NCBI GenBank assembly: GCA_025699005.1
Contig: JAILWI010000002.1
Span: forward strand, 217,778 to 281,777
DNA length: 64,000 bases
Direction: 5' to 3'
Origin: Chloroflexota bacterium
GTDB lineage: Bacteria; Chloroflexota; Limnocylindria; QHBO01
In this document: positions 9,661 through 19,001 of the stretch, piece by piece
Layout: each line of letters begins with the position of its first letter
How positions within the stretch are numbered: position 1 is the stretch's first letter
Translations under genes and position numbers: made by a program
The notes under the pieces: model-generated
Told to the model about the DNA's origin: nothing
The model's input: only the letters and a program-made list of their open reading frames with translations
The model's database searches: none

Positions 9661-10785
9661 ATGAGCGCACCACCTCTCGACGGCATCCGGGTCATCGACG
9701 CCAGTCGCGTGCTCGCCGGTCCGTTCGCGACGATGCTCCTCGGCGACCTGGGCGCCGACGTCATCAAGGTCGAGCCGCCCGACGGCGACGAGACGCGCGC
9801 CTGGGGACCGCCCTGGTGGGGCGACCCGGCGGACCGACGCAGCGCCTACTTCGCGTCCGTGAACCGCAACAAGCGGAGCATCGTCCTCGACCTGCGGTCG
9901 TCCGACGGGCGTGACCGCATGGACCGGCTGCTCCAGGGCGCCGATCTGCTGATCCACAACTACCGGCCATCCACCGCGGGGCGGCTCGGCCTGGACCCGG
10001 ATCACCTCGCGGCTCGGCACCCGCGGCTCGTGACGGCCACGGTCGGCGGTTTCCCCGGCGCCGATGCCGAACGCCCCGCCTACGACCTGCTGGCGCAGGC
10101 GGTGAGCGGCCTGATGTCGGTCACGGGCGAGCCGGACGGACCGCCGATGAAGGTCGGGGTTGCGTTGCTCGACCTCCTGGCCGGGCTCGAATGCGCGGTC
10201 GGGGTGCTCGCCGCCCTCGTCGGCCGTGGCGAGGGGCGCCCGAGCCGGATCCACGTGAACCTTGTCGAGACCGGCGTCACCTCGCTCGTCAACGTGCTCG
10301 GCAACCACCTCGCCACCGGTGCCGACGCGGCACGGCACGGGAATGCGCATCCGAACATCGCGCCGTACGAGGCGTTCGCCGCTCGCGACGGGCACGTGGT
10401 GGTCGCCGTCGGCAACGACGCGCAGTTCGCCCGCCTGCTCGGGGTGCTGGGCCTCGAGGATCCCGACGGACGCTTCGCCACGAACCCGATGCGGGTCGTC
10501 GCTCGTCCCCAGCTCGCCGCGTGGCTCGGCGAGCGAATCGCTACCTGGGATCGCGCGTCGCTGACGGCGGCGCTCCGCGATGCCGACGTGCCGGCCGGTC
10601 CCGTGAACAGCGTGGCGGAGGCCGTTCGGGCCATGGGCGAGGGATGGACGGAGCGGCTCGGTGGCGTCGAGCTGGCGCCGAGCCCGATTCGCATCGGCGA
10701 CCAGCGCGCGCCCCTCAGGCGGCCACCGCCCCGGCTCGGGGAGCACACCGACGAGGTCCTCGCCGAGCTTCAGCCGCGCGGCTGA
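9661..10785 (+). CDS. CaiB/BaiF family III CoA-transferase
   Basis: GIRVIDASRVLAGPFATMLLGDLGADVIKVEPP signature N-terminus. Confidence 0.85.
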   Translation: MSAPPLDGIRVIDASRVLAGPFATMLLGDLGADVIKVEPPDGDETRAWGPPWWGDPADRRSAYFASVNRNKRSIVLDLRSSDGRDRMDRLLQGADLLIHNYRPSTAGRLGLDPDHLAARHPRLVTATVGGFPGADAERPAYDLLAQAVSGLMSVTGEPDGPPMKVGVALLDLLAGLECAVGVLAALVGRGEGRPSRIHVNLVETGVTSLVNVLGNHLATGADAARHGNAHPNIAPYEAFAARDGHVVVAVGNDAQFARLLGVLGLEDPDGRFATNPMRVVARPQLAAWLGERIATWDRASLTAALRDADVPAGPVNSVAEAVRAMGEGWTERLGGVELAPSPIRIGDQRAPLRRPPPRLGEHTDEVLAELQPRG

Positions 10786-11801
10786 CCGACCCGGAACCTG
10801 ACCCGCTCGACGACGTTGTTGCCGTAGCCGCCCTCGTTCCAGATCGGCGCATCCGGCTGGGTGGCTCCGGTGGCGTCGGTGGCACGGACCGAGATCTCGT
10901 GATCGCCTCCGGTCGCCGTCCAGCCGAGCTCCCAGCGCACCCCGACCTCGTCCGCGAGCGGCTCGACGACGTCGGCCGCGTGCCAGGTGCCATCCACGCC
11001 GATCTCGACGGCATCGATCGGCGCCGATCCCGACCAGGCGAGGCCGCGCAGGCGCACCGGACCCGCCTCGAGCGTCTCGCCCCGCGCAGGGTGGGTGAGG
11101 AGCGCTCGGACACGCATGCGGTCCACCGGCGTCTCGTCGGGAACGCCCTCCTGTCCGCGGTAGCGGTACTTGCGCGGGAAATGGAGGTCCGGCCTGGAGT
11201 CCTCCACGGCGTCGATCCGCGTGAGCCACTTCACCGAACGCATGCCGTAGTGACCGGGCACGACGAGTCGGAGCGGGTAGCCGTGCTCGGGTGGCAGCGG
11301 CTCACCGTTCATCGTCGAGGCCAGGATCGGATCGGCGAGCGCGACCTCGGCGATCGGCAGATCGAACTGGTAGGGGATCGTGCCGTCCGGCTTGACGGTC
11401 CCGGCGTCGGCACCGGTGAAGACGAGCGTCCGCGCGGATTCACCGAGTGACGCATTCGCGAGAACGTCGGATAGCCGCACTCCGGAGAACCGGGCGATGC
11501 CCACCGCGCCGACGCCCCACGGCGTTCCGGCCGGCACGGGCGACATGAGCGTGCGGCCGTTCCCCGCGCATTCGAGGAGCACCGTCCGCTCGACGGAGGG
11601 GAGTGCTCGCAGGGCATCGAGGCTCCATGAGCGCGACCGATCGAACCCGGCCCCCAGCTCGAGCCTCCAGCTCCCGGCGTCGATCCGCGGGACCGGGAAG
11701 TTGCAGCGCACGTAGAAGCGGTCGATCGATGGCGCCTCGGCATCCAGGTCGGCCGGGTCGGCCTCGAGGTTGAGCGGCTCCTCGCTCAGCTGCCGCCGCA
11801 C
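10770..11801 (-). CDS. sulfite oxidase-family molybdopterin oxidoreductase (SUOX/YedY-like)
   Basis: Moco-binding block RFYVRCNFPVP...LLECAGNGR and dimerisation/Ig-like C-terminus. The long N-terminal extension of the ORF overlaps the malic enzyme and is discarded. Probable GTG start 3 nt after the malic enzyme stop. Confidence 0.7.
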   Translation of the reverse strand: MRRQLSEEPLNLEADPADLDAEAPSIDRFYVRCNFPVPRIDAGSWRLELGAGFDRSRSWSLDALRALPSVERTVLLECAGNGRTLMSPVPAGTPWGVGAVGIARFSGVRLSDVLANASLGESARTLVFTGADAGTVKPDGTIPYQFDLPIAEVALADPILASTMNGEPLPPEHGYPLRLVVPGHYGMRSVKWLTRIDAVEDSRPDLHFPRKYRYRGQEGVPDETPVDRMRVRALLTHPARGETLEAGPVRLRGLAWSGSAPIDAVEIGVDGTWHAADVVEPLADEVGVRWELGWTATGGDHEISVRATDATGATQPDAPIWNEGGYGNNVVERVRFRVGQPRG

Positions 11802-11803
11802 GC

Positions 11804-13489
11804 TCAGGCGTCCGCGGGAACGTACGGGACGTAGGCGGGCCACCACATCGCCGACTCGATCTCGGCCTCGAGGTCCCCCGACGCCTCGGCGACGCCACTG
11901 GCCACGGCCTGTCGCGCAACCGCCAGGGCCACGTTCCGCGCGACCGACCGCAGGCCCGACACCGGCGGATAGAGGACGCCCTCCGCCAGGCGGTCGGGTG
12001 TCACCGCGTCGGCCAGTGCGCGGGCCGCGGCGACGACCATCGCGTCGTCGATCCGACGCGCGCCGGAAACGATCGCCCCGAGCCCGAGGCCAGGGAACAC
12101 GAAGACGTTGTTGGCCTGCCCGATCTCGCGGCCGTCGACCGGGGGGAACGGGCTCCCGGTGGCCACGATGGCCCGTCCGTCGGACCATGCGGCGATGTCG
12201 ACCGGGCGTGCCTCGGCCATGACCGTGGGATTCGAGAGCGGGAGGATGACGGGGCGCTCGCAGGCGGCCGCCATCGCTCGGACGACCGCCTCGCCGAACG
12301 TGCCGGCCACGCCGGTCGTGCCGACCAGGATGGTCGGCCGGAAGGCCGTGACGACGCCCTCGAGCAGTCGATCCGGGACATGCACCAGGACCTCGCCGGG
12401 TGTCGCCAGCGAGCGCTTCGCCTCGTCGAGGTCGTCCCGTTCCGCATGCACGAGGCCGCGCGAGTCGACGAGCGCCAGCGCTGCGGCGATCTCGCGTTCC
12501 GACATGCCGTCCTCGATCATCGCCGCGCGCAGCAGACGCGCGATACCGATCCCCGCGGCCCCCGAGCCGACGAGCAGGATCCGGTGCGACCCCAGCGGCT
12601 GCCCGAGGTGCCGGGAGGCCGCGAGCACGCCGGCGAGCACCACCGCGGCGGTCCCCTGGACGTCATCGTTGAAGCTCGGCACACGATCGCGGTAGCGATC
12701 GAGGATGCGCAGCGCGTTGTGCTGCTTGAAGTCCTCCCACTGGATGACGCAGCCGGGCCAGGTCTCGGCCACGGCTTCCACGAACGCGTCCACGAGGGCG
12801 TCGTACTCGGCACCCCGCAGCCGTGGCGCGCGGTGGCCGATGTACAGCGGATCGTTCAGCAGCTCGGCGTTGTCGGTGCCCACGTCCAGGCTCACCGGCA
12901 GCGTCACGCCGGGGTAGATGCCACAGGCGCCGGTGTAAAGGGCGAGCTTGCCGATGGGGATCGCCATCCCGCCGGCGCCGAGGTCGCCGAGCCCCAGGAT
13001 GCGCTCGTTGTCGGTGACCACGATGAGCCGGACGTCATCGTACGGACCGTTGCGCAGGATCTCGCCGATGCGGTCGCGGTCGTGCGGCGTGATCCACGCC
13101 CCTCGCGTGCGCCGCAGCACGTGGCTGAACTCCTGGCAGGCGAGGCCGACCGTCGGGGTGTAGACGATCGGCAGCAGCTCCTCGAGGTTCTCCGCCAGCA
13201 CGCGATAGAAGAGCGTCGCGTTCCGGTCCTGGAGCGCCGCCAGGCCGATGTACTGCTCGAGCGGGTCGTCCTTGCGTCGCAGGCGAGTGAGCTCGAGCTC
13301 GACCTGCTCCTCGATCGTCATGACCCGATCCGGAAGTAGCCCCTGGAGGTCGAACGCCTCGCGCTCATCGGCGCTGAAGGCGAAATCCTTCGTCAGGAGC
13401 CGATTTCCGAGGAGCATCGGCCCGCGCTGCTCGATCGTCGCGGGCCTGCCGGCCACGATCGCGTCGAAGGGAGCGGGAAGGGGGCGCAT
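11804..13489 (-). CDS. NAD-dependent malic enzyme (malate dehydrogenase, oxaloacetate-decarboxylating)
   Basis: 561 aa. VYTPTVGLACQEFSH and GTAAVVLAGVLAA Rossmann motifs. Collinear with E. coli MaeA/SfcA-type enzymes. Confidence 0.9.
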   Translation of the reverse strand: MRPLPAPFDAIVAGRPATIEQRGPMLLGNRLLTKDFAFSADEREAFDLQGLLPDRVMTIEEQVELELTRLRRKDDPLEQYIGLAALQDRNATLFYRVLAENLEELLPIVYTPTVGLACQEFSHVLRRTRGAWITPHDRDRIGEILRNGPYDDVRLIVVTDNERILGLGDLGAGGMAIPIGKLALYTGACGIYPGVTLPVSLDVGTDNAELLNDPLYIGHRAPRLRGAEYDALVDAFVEAVAETWPGCVIQWEDFKQHNALRILDRYRDRVPSFNDDVQGTAAVVLAGVLAASRHLGQPLGSHRILLVGSGAAGIGIARLLRAAMIEDGMSEREIAAALALVDSRGLVHAERDDLDEAKRSLATPGEVLVHVPDRLLEGVVTAFRPTILVGTTGVAGTFGEAVVRAMAAACERPVILPLSNPTVMAEARPVDIAAWSDGRAIVATGSPFPPVDGREIGQANNVFVFPGLGLGAIVSGARRIDDAMVVAAARALADAVTPDRLAEGVLYPPVSGLRSVARNVALAVARQAVASGVAEASGDLEAEIESAMWWPAYVPYVPADA

Positions 13490-13518
13490 GGGAAGCGAGG
13501 ATACGCATACTGCGCGTC

Positions 13519-13854
13519 ATGCGACGCATCGTGGCGTTCCTCGTCCTGGGCATTCTCGCGGTCGGCCTCGTGGCCGCGGTCTTCCTCGGGGGGTCGATCG
13601 ATGCGCCGTCCGGCGTCGATCCGGATGTGACGGTGCGCTGCCCCCGAGCGTTGTCGGTCGATGCCTGCACCACGTGGGGAGATCGGATCATCGAGGACGG
13701 TCCTCCGTCGACCACCTTCGAGATGCAGGATGTCGTGCGCGTCGAGCTGGCGCGCGGCCCCTTCGGCTGGGTTGGCGCATGCGAGGTGCGCTACTTCCTG
13801 GGCCGATACCCCGATGACGCCGTCTGGCACGAGGAGGTCGCCTGCCCCGCCTGA
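13519..13854 (+). CDS. small exported/membrane-anchored hypothetical protein (4 Cys)
   Basis: N-terminal hydrophobic helix, 111 aa, no recognisable family. Confidence 0.4.
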   Translation: MRRIVAFLVLGILAVGLVAAVFLGGSIDAPSGVDPDVTVRCPRALSVDACTTWGDRIIEDGPPSTTFEMQDVVRVELARGPFGWVGACEVRYFLGRYPDDAVWHEEVACPA

Positions 13855-13892
13855 TCCGGGACGTCCGGCACGCGGCATGCGACGGGCCAGCC

Positions 13893-15278
13893 ATGCGGAG
13901 ACTCGACGAGCCCGCGGCCGTGAGGGCGGCGCTGCTCTCACTGCTCCTTCCCGGCCTGGGGCAGCTCGCTGATCGGAGGTGGCGTGCGGCCGTCCTCTTC
14001 GGCGCCCCCGCCGCGCTGATGGGCGTCGCAGCGCTCGGTGTCGCCCTGACCGGCGGCCCCGGCCTGGCCGTTCTCCTCGCCCCGCCGGTCCTCAGCGGCC
14101 TGCTCCTGCTGAGCCTGCTCGTCCTCGTCTGGCGCCTGGCCGCCGTGTTCGAGGCATTCCGGTGGCATGCGCCGCTCACGGGGCGAAGGCCGGTCTCGGC
14201 CGTGCCGTGGCTGCTCGCCGGAGTCATCGCCGTGACGCAGCTGGCGCCCACGGCCTACGCCGCGCAGCTCATCGGCGCTGCCGACCGGATCGCCGGTGCG
14301 GACATCGACAGCGACCTCTTCGGTTCCGCGGCGCCGGTGGCGCCGAGCGTCTCGGGCGACCCGGTCGCCACCCGCTCGCCCGCGGGGACGTCGGTCCCGG
14401 AGCCATCTCCGTCAGCCGCTGTGGCGGGCGGCACGCCCACCGCCGAGCCCCCGGCGCGGCTGGCCGAGCGGGTGACGGTGCTCCTCATCGGCACCGACGA
14501 TCTGGCGTCACGGGATCATCGGCTCACGGACACGTTGATGGTCGTGAGCCTCGGCGCGGAGCGGCGGCGGCCGATGATGATCTCGGTTCCGCGGGACCTC
14601 TACGGCGCGCCGCTGCCGGACGACCTCGTCTACAACGCGAAGCTGAACTCACTCGCGAGCTATGCGCGCGCCCGCCCCGATGACTTCCCCCTCGGCGGCG
14701 TCGGTACGCTCCGCGCTTCGATCGAGCTCCTCCTCGGCATCGGGATCGACCACGTTGCGGTGATCGACATGCTCGGACTGGTCGACATCGTCGACAGCCT
14801 CGACGGAGTCACCCTGAACGTGGAGGAGCCGATCGCCGATCCGCGCTACGCACCTCCGACCGGCGGTGCGCGTGGGTTCTTCATCGAGCCCGGAGAGCAC
14901 CACGTCGACGGGCTGACGGCGCTCGCCTACGCCAGGTCTCGCCTCGGGCCGAACGGAAACGACTTCGTCCGCGCCTCCCGTCAGCAGCAGCTGCTCAGCG
15001 CCATCCGAGCACGCGTGCGGGAGCTCGGGCTGGTCTCGACACTGCCGACCCTGCTGGACGTCGTCGAGGCCAATGTCCGGACCGACATCCCGCGCGACCA
15101 GCTCGGGGAGCTGGCGCAGGCGGTCGTCGACGCGCGCTGGGACGAGCTCGATCGGCTCGTGCTGGATCCGCCCGTCTATGTCGAGCCGGATTTCACCGAC
15201 GGTGGCGCATACATCCTCAGGCCGAACGAGACGGCGATCCGGGATGCCGTCGAACGGATGGTGATCGGGCCGGAGTGA
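13893..15278 (+). CDS. LCP family protein (LytR-CpsA-Psr cell-envelope phosphotransferase)
   Basis: N-terminal TM segments. LCP core block RVTVLLIGTDD...DTLMVVSL...ISVPRDLY. Confidence 0.8.
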   Translation: MRRLDEPAAVRAALLSLLLPGLGQLADRRWRAAVLFGAPAALMGVAALGVALTGGPGLAVLLAPPVLSGLLLLSLLVLVWRLAAVFEAFRWHAPLTGRRPVSAVPWLLAGVIAVTQLAPTAYAAQLIGAADRIAGADIDSDLFGSAAPVAPSVSGDPVATRSPAGTSVPEPSPSAAVAGGTPTAEPPARLAERVTVLLIGTDDLASRDHRLTDTLMVVSLGAERRRPMMISVPRDLYGAPLPDDLVYNAKLNSLASYARARPDDFPLGGVGTLRASIELLLGIGIDHVAVIDMLGLVDIVDSLDGVTLNVEEPIADPRYAPPTGGARGFFIEPGEHHVDGLTALAYARSRLGPNGNDFVRASRQQQLLSAIRARVRELGLVSTLPTLLDVVEANVRTDIPRDQLGELAQAVVDARWDELDRLVLDPPVYVEPDFTDGGAYILRPNETAIRDAVERMVIGPE

Positions 15279-15281
15279 GGT

Positions 15282-15357
15282 TGGAGCGGGAGACGGGGAT
15301 CGAACCCGCGACATGCAGCTTGGAAGGCTGCCGCTCTGCCAGCTGAGCTACTCCCGC
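15282..15357 (-). tRNA. tRNA-Gly (anticodon UCC)
   Basis: Reverse complement reads GCGGGAGTAGCTCAGCTGGCAGAGCGGCAGCCTTCCAAGCTGCATGTCGCGGGTTCGATCCCCGTCTCCCGCTCCA. Clean cloverleaf with 7-bp acceptor stem, anticodon loop CUUCCAA, TTCGATC T-loop, encoded CCA. Confidence 0.85.
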
Positions 15358-15497
15358 ACCGGCGTCGTCCAGAGCGCGACGGTCCGTGGCCCCTCACGTC
15401 GGCAGCCGCATCGTAGCGCCTTCGTCGCCGTCGGGCCATCTGGCGTTCGGCGACGTGGGGGCCGGAGGCCGACCAGCCGACGATCTATCATTGGTGG

Positions 15498-16454
15498 GTG
15501 AGCCCGAAGCCGTTCGCGTCGTCCGCTGACCTGGCCGAGAAGGAGGCGACGCTCGAGCCGCTGGCCGATGGGGTCTACGCCTACACCGCGCAGGGCGACC
15601 CGAATGTCGGCGCCATCGTGGCAGACGACGCGATCCTCGCGATCGAGGCGCGGGCCACGCCGCTCATGGCACAGCGCTGGATCGACGTCCTCCGTGCCGA
15701 GGTCGGGCCCCTTCCGTTCGGTGATCTCGTCCTCACCCACTACCACGCCGTCCGCACCCTCGGCGCATCGGCGTTCGACGCGCGTCGCATCGTGGCGCAT
15801 GCGGGAACCGCAGCGCTCATCGAGGAGCGCGGGATGGAGGACTGGGCGAGCGAGCAGGGCCGCATGCCGCGCCTCTTCACCGGCGCGGAGACCATCCCGG
15901 GCCTCACCCGCCCGACGGTGACATTCGACGAATCGATGACCCTCGACCTCGGGAACCGAAGTATCGAGCTGCGCTGGCTGGGCCGCGGGCACACGTCGGG
16001 CGACCTCGTGGTGTGGCTGCCCGACGAGCGCATCTGCTTCGCCGGGGATCTGGTGGAGGCGCAGGCGGCACCGTACATGGGTGACTCCTACCCGGAGGAA
16101 TGGTCGACCGGCACGCTCGACGCCGTCGCGGCGCTCGGTGCCGAGCACCTGGTCGGTGGGCGCGGGAGCGTCGTCCATGAACCGGCGGTCGCGACGGCGA
16201 TCGAGGACACGCGCGCGTTCGTCCGGACGACGATCGAATCCACGCGCGAGGTCCGCGACGGGGGCGGCGGACTGCGCGAGGCCTTCGAGCTCGCGCACGA
16301 GCGGCTGGCGCCCCGGTATGCGGGCTTCCCGATCTTCGAGCACACCATGCCGTTCAACGTGCAGCGCACGTGGGACGAGCTCGCCGGGATCGAGGAGCCG
16401 CGGATCTGGACGGCGGAGCGTGACCGGGAGGTCTGGGACGCCCTCACCGACTGA
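15498..16454 (+). CDS. MBL-fold metallo-hydrolase
   Basis: THYHAV...GHTSGDLVVWLPDE blocks characteristic of the metallo-beta-lactamase fold. Confidence 0.75.
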   Translation: MSPKPFASSADLAEKEATLEPLADGVYAYTAQGDPNVGAIVADDAILAIEARATPLMAQRWIDVLRAEVGPLPFGDLVLTHYHAVRTLGASAFDARRIVAHAGTAALIEERGMEDWASEQGRMPRLFTGAETIPGLTRPTVTFDESMTLDLGNRSIELRWLGRGHTSGDLVVWLPDERICFAGDLVEAQAAPYMGDSYPEEWSTGTLDAVAALGAEHLVGGRGSVVHEPAVATAIEDTRAFVRTTIESTREVRDGGGGLREAFELAHERLAPRYAGFPIFEHTMPFNVQRTWDELAGIEEPRIWTAERDREVWDALTD

Positions 16455-17922
16455 GCCCCCCACCGCGCCAGCCGTCGCCGTCATCGGTGCCGGCGCGGTC
16501 GGCCTGACGCTGGCAGGGCGGCTCGCGCAGCACGGCGCCGAGGTGACCCTGTTCGAGTCCGAGCCGGCCACCGCCCGCATCGGCTCCCGGGCCATCTGCA
16601 TGCAGCGGGAGACCCTCGAGATCTGGAGCCGGCTCGGCATCGGGCGGGCCGTCGCGGCCCGAGGCGTCCAGTGGCGGATCGGCCGCACCTACGTCCGCGG
16701 TCGCGAGCTCTTCCACGTGGAGCTGCCCACCACCGACGAGCACGTTCCGCCGTTCGTGAACATCAGCCAGTCCGAGGTCGAGGAGATGCTCGAGGCGCGC
16801 GTCCGCGCGCTGGGCGTCGAGATCCGGCGCGAAACGCGTCTGGTCGGGCTGGACCAGGATGCCGGCCAGGTCGTGGCTCGCATCGAAACGAGCGCAGGCG
16901 TCGAGGAGCGCGCGTTCGGCTACCTGGTCGGCGCGGACGGGGCCCACTCTGCCGTGCGACATGCCGTCGCCACGGGGTTCGACGGCCACACATTCCACGA
17001 CCGGTTCCTCATCGCCGACATCCGTGTCGAGCTGCCCTTCACGCAGGAGCGCCACTTCCACTTCGATCCGCCATGGAACCCCGGACGCCAGGTGCTGCTG
17101 CATCCTCAGCCGGACGGGATCTGGCGCATCGACTGGCAGGTCGCACCGGAGACCGATCTCGACGCCGAGCGTCGATCCGGCCGGCTCGACGAGCGGATCC
17201 GGCAGGTCGTCGGTCCCGAGACACCGTACGAGGTGGTGTGGGTGACCTCGTACCGGTTCAGCCAGCGCCTCGCCGATGCCTTCCGCATCGGGCGGGTCTT
17301 CCTCGCGGGTGACGCCGCGCATGTGATGTCACCGTTCGGCGCGCGGGGGTTGAACTCCGGGGTGGCCGATGCGGAGAACCTTGCGTGGAAGCTCGCTGCC
17401 GTCGTGCGCGGCGCGGCCCCGGAAGCACTCCTCGACACGTACGACCGCGAGCGCCGCGCGACGGCCCGCGAGAACCTCGCCGCGACCGGCTCGACGATGC
17501 GCTTCCTGGCGCCCCAGGGGCCGGTGCGTCGAGCGTGGCGCTGGCTGGTGCTGACGGGAGCGGAGCGGTCGGCCTGGCTGCGACGCCACGTCGACTCGGG
17601 CCGGCTCGCGGAGCCGGCCCGCTACGCGGCACCGAGCGGATCCGATGGAAGGCTCCCGATCGGGAGCGTGGCGCCCGACTGCGAGCTTCCGGGAGGTGGG
17701 CGCCTCCGCGATCGGCTCGGTAGGGAAATCGCTCTCGTCGTCCCCGAGGGCCATCGCGGCATCGCCTCTGCCATCGAGGTCGGATCGTCGTCACCCTATG
17801 GCACCGACCGCGCATGGCTCGTGAGGCCGGACGGCTACCTGGCTGGCTCGGCACCACTCGACGAGGTGGACGTCTGGATCGGTCCCGCGATGCAGCGCCT
17901 TGTCGTAACCGGCTGGGCCTGA
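16420..17922 (+). CDS. FAD-dependent monooxygenase / oxidoreductase (PheA/TfdB-like)
   Basis: Rossmann VAVIGAGAVGLTLA near the N-terminus, DG motif GADGAHSAVR, GD motif LAGDAAHVMSPFGARG. The first ~125 codons of the 613 aa track ORF overlap the MBL gene and are not part of it. GTG at 16420 is a tentative start. Confidence 0.7.
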   Translation: MTGRSGTPSPTEPPTAPAVAVIGAGAVGLTLAGRLAQHGAEVTLFESEPATARIGSRAICMQRETLEIWSRLGIGRAVAARGVQWRIGRTYVRGRELFHVELPTTDEHVPPFVNISQSEVEEMLEARVRALGVEIRRETRLVGLDQDAGQVVARIETSAGVEERAFGYLVGADGAHSAVRHAVATGFDGHTFHDRFLIADIRVELPFTQERHFHFDPPWNPGRQVLLHPQPDGIWRIDWQVAPETDLDAERRSGRLDERIRQVVGPETPYEVVWVTSYRFSQRLADAFRIGRVFLAGDAAHVMSPFGARGLNSGVADAENLAWKLAAVVRGAAPEALLDTYDRERRATARENLAATGSTMRFLAPQGPVRRAWRWLVLTGAERSAWLRRHVDSGRLAEPARYAAPSGSDGRLPIGSVAPDCELPGGGRLRDRLGREIALVVPEGHRGIASAIEVGSSSPYGTDRAWLVRPDGYLAGSAPLDEVDVWIGPAMQRLVVTGWA

Positions 17923-18015
17923 AGCGGACGGCGGGCTTGACCGCGGGCTCCGGTGCATCGGCGCACCGCGCTACGGGCACGGATCGGCACGTTGGGGTAC
18001 GGTCGGTGGTGACCC

Positions 18016-18035
18016 GTTCGACGAGCTCGTCGAAC
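18016..18035. promoter_or_regulatory. 20-bp perfect palindrome GTTCGACGAGCTCGTCGAAC immediately upstream of the S1 protease gene
   Basis: Read directly. Self-complementary over all 20 positions. About 20-40 bp upstream of the protease ATG. Confidence 0.4.
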
Positions 18036-18056
18036 TCCCCTGGCATGGAGAATCAG

Positions 18057-18953
18057 ATGCTTCGAAGGATCTCACTCGTACTCGCCATGGTCGCCAGTCT
18101 CGTCTTCGCCGCCCCGGTGGCGGCCATCACGAACGGCGCGCCGGACAATGGCGCTCACCCGCAGGTGGGCCAGCTCCTCTTCTACGTCCCGGATGTCGAG
18201 AGCTCGCGCTTCGATGATCCGGGTGGCTGGTTCAACTGCACCGGCACGCTGCTCGACGCCACGACGGTGCTGACGGCGGGCCACTGCACCTTCGGCGTGG
18301 GAAGCGATGGCGAGGAGACGACCCCGACGGGGGGCTCGGGCGGTAACGACGTCTGGCTCAGCTTCGCGGAGGTGCCGAACTACGACATCCTGCCGCCGAG
18401 CAGCACCTTCACCTCGAACGCGGAGCGGTACGCGGCCTGGACCGCGGCTCTGGAGGCGAGCCCCGAGTGGACTCGCGGCGTCGCCACGTCGCACCCGGAC
18501 TACTCCGACGCCGCGTTCTTCCTCCACGATCTCGGCGTGGTGGAGCTCGTCGCGCCGGCACCGGTCGGCGGTGCCGTCCAGTACGGGACCCTGCCGACGC
18601 TCGGCCAGCTCGACGCCCTGTACGGGGTGAAGGGACAGACCTACACCGCGGTGGGCTACGGCCTGGAGGAGAAGCTCGGAGGAGGCGATACCCGTCGCGT
18701 CGCGACGCTGAAGCTGAACAACCTCAACGGCGTCTACGGTGCCGGCAAGGGCATCGCCGCGAACTTCTCGAGCAACGCCAGGGGCGGGACCTGCTTCGGC
18801 GACAGCGGCGGTCCGGTGTTCGCCGGGACCGGCACGACGATCGTCGCGGTGACCTCGTTCGGGATCAGCCCGCAGTGCACGAACGGCGGCTACTACCGCG
18901 TGGACCAGCCCGACGACCTGGCGTTCCTCGCCACGTTCGGGTTCGCTCCGTAG
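18057..18953 (+). CDS. secreted trypsin-like (S1 family) serine protease
   Basis: Signal peptide MLRRISLVLAMVASLVFAAPVAA. TAGHC catalytic His block and GDSGGP catalytic Ser block. GGAGA RBS 6 nt upstream of the ATG at 18057. Confidence 0.8.
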   Translation: MLRRISLVLAMVASLVFAAPVAAITNGAPDNGAHPQVGQLLFYVPDVESSRFDDPGGWFNCTGTLLDATTVLTAGHCTFGVGSDGEETTPTGGSGGNDVWLSFAEVPNYDILPPSSTFTSNAERYAAWTAALEASPEWTRGVATSHPDYSDAAFFLHDLGVVELVAPAPVGGAVQYGTLPTLGQLDALYGVKGQTYTAVGYGLEEKLGGGDTRRVATLKLNNLNGVYGAGKGIAANFSSNARGGTCFGDSGGPVFAGTGTTIVAVTSFGISPQCTNGGYYRVDQPDDLAFLATFGFAP

Positions 18954-18965
18954 GACCGCAGTCGA

Positions 18966-19000
18966 CCAGCCCCGCTGCGCCCTGCGCGCGGCGGGGCTTT
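18966..19000. terminator. GC-rich hairpin (AGCCCCGC...GCGGGGCT) followed by TTTCTC between convergent genes. Candidate bidirectional terminator
   Basis: 8-bp perfect stem read directly. T-rich tract after the hairpin. Confidence 0.4.
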
Positions 19001-19001
19001 C

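Noticed and set aside
15279-15500. Possible integrated element next to tRNA-Gly
   Set aside because: There is no integrase, no direct repeat of the tRNA 3' end, and no compositional shift. The flanking genes are ordinary chromosomal genes.
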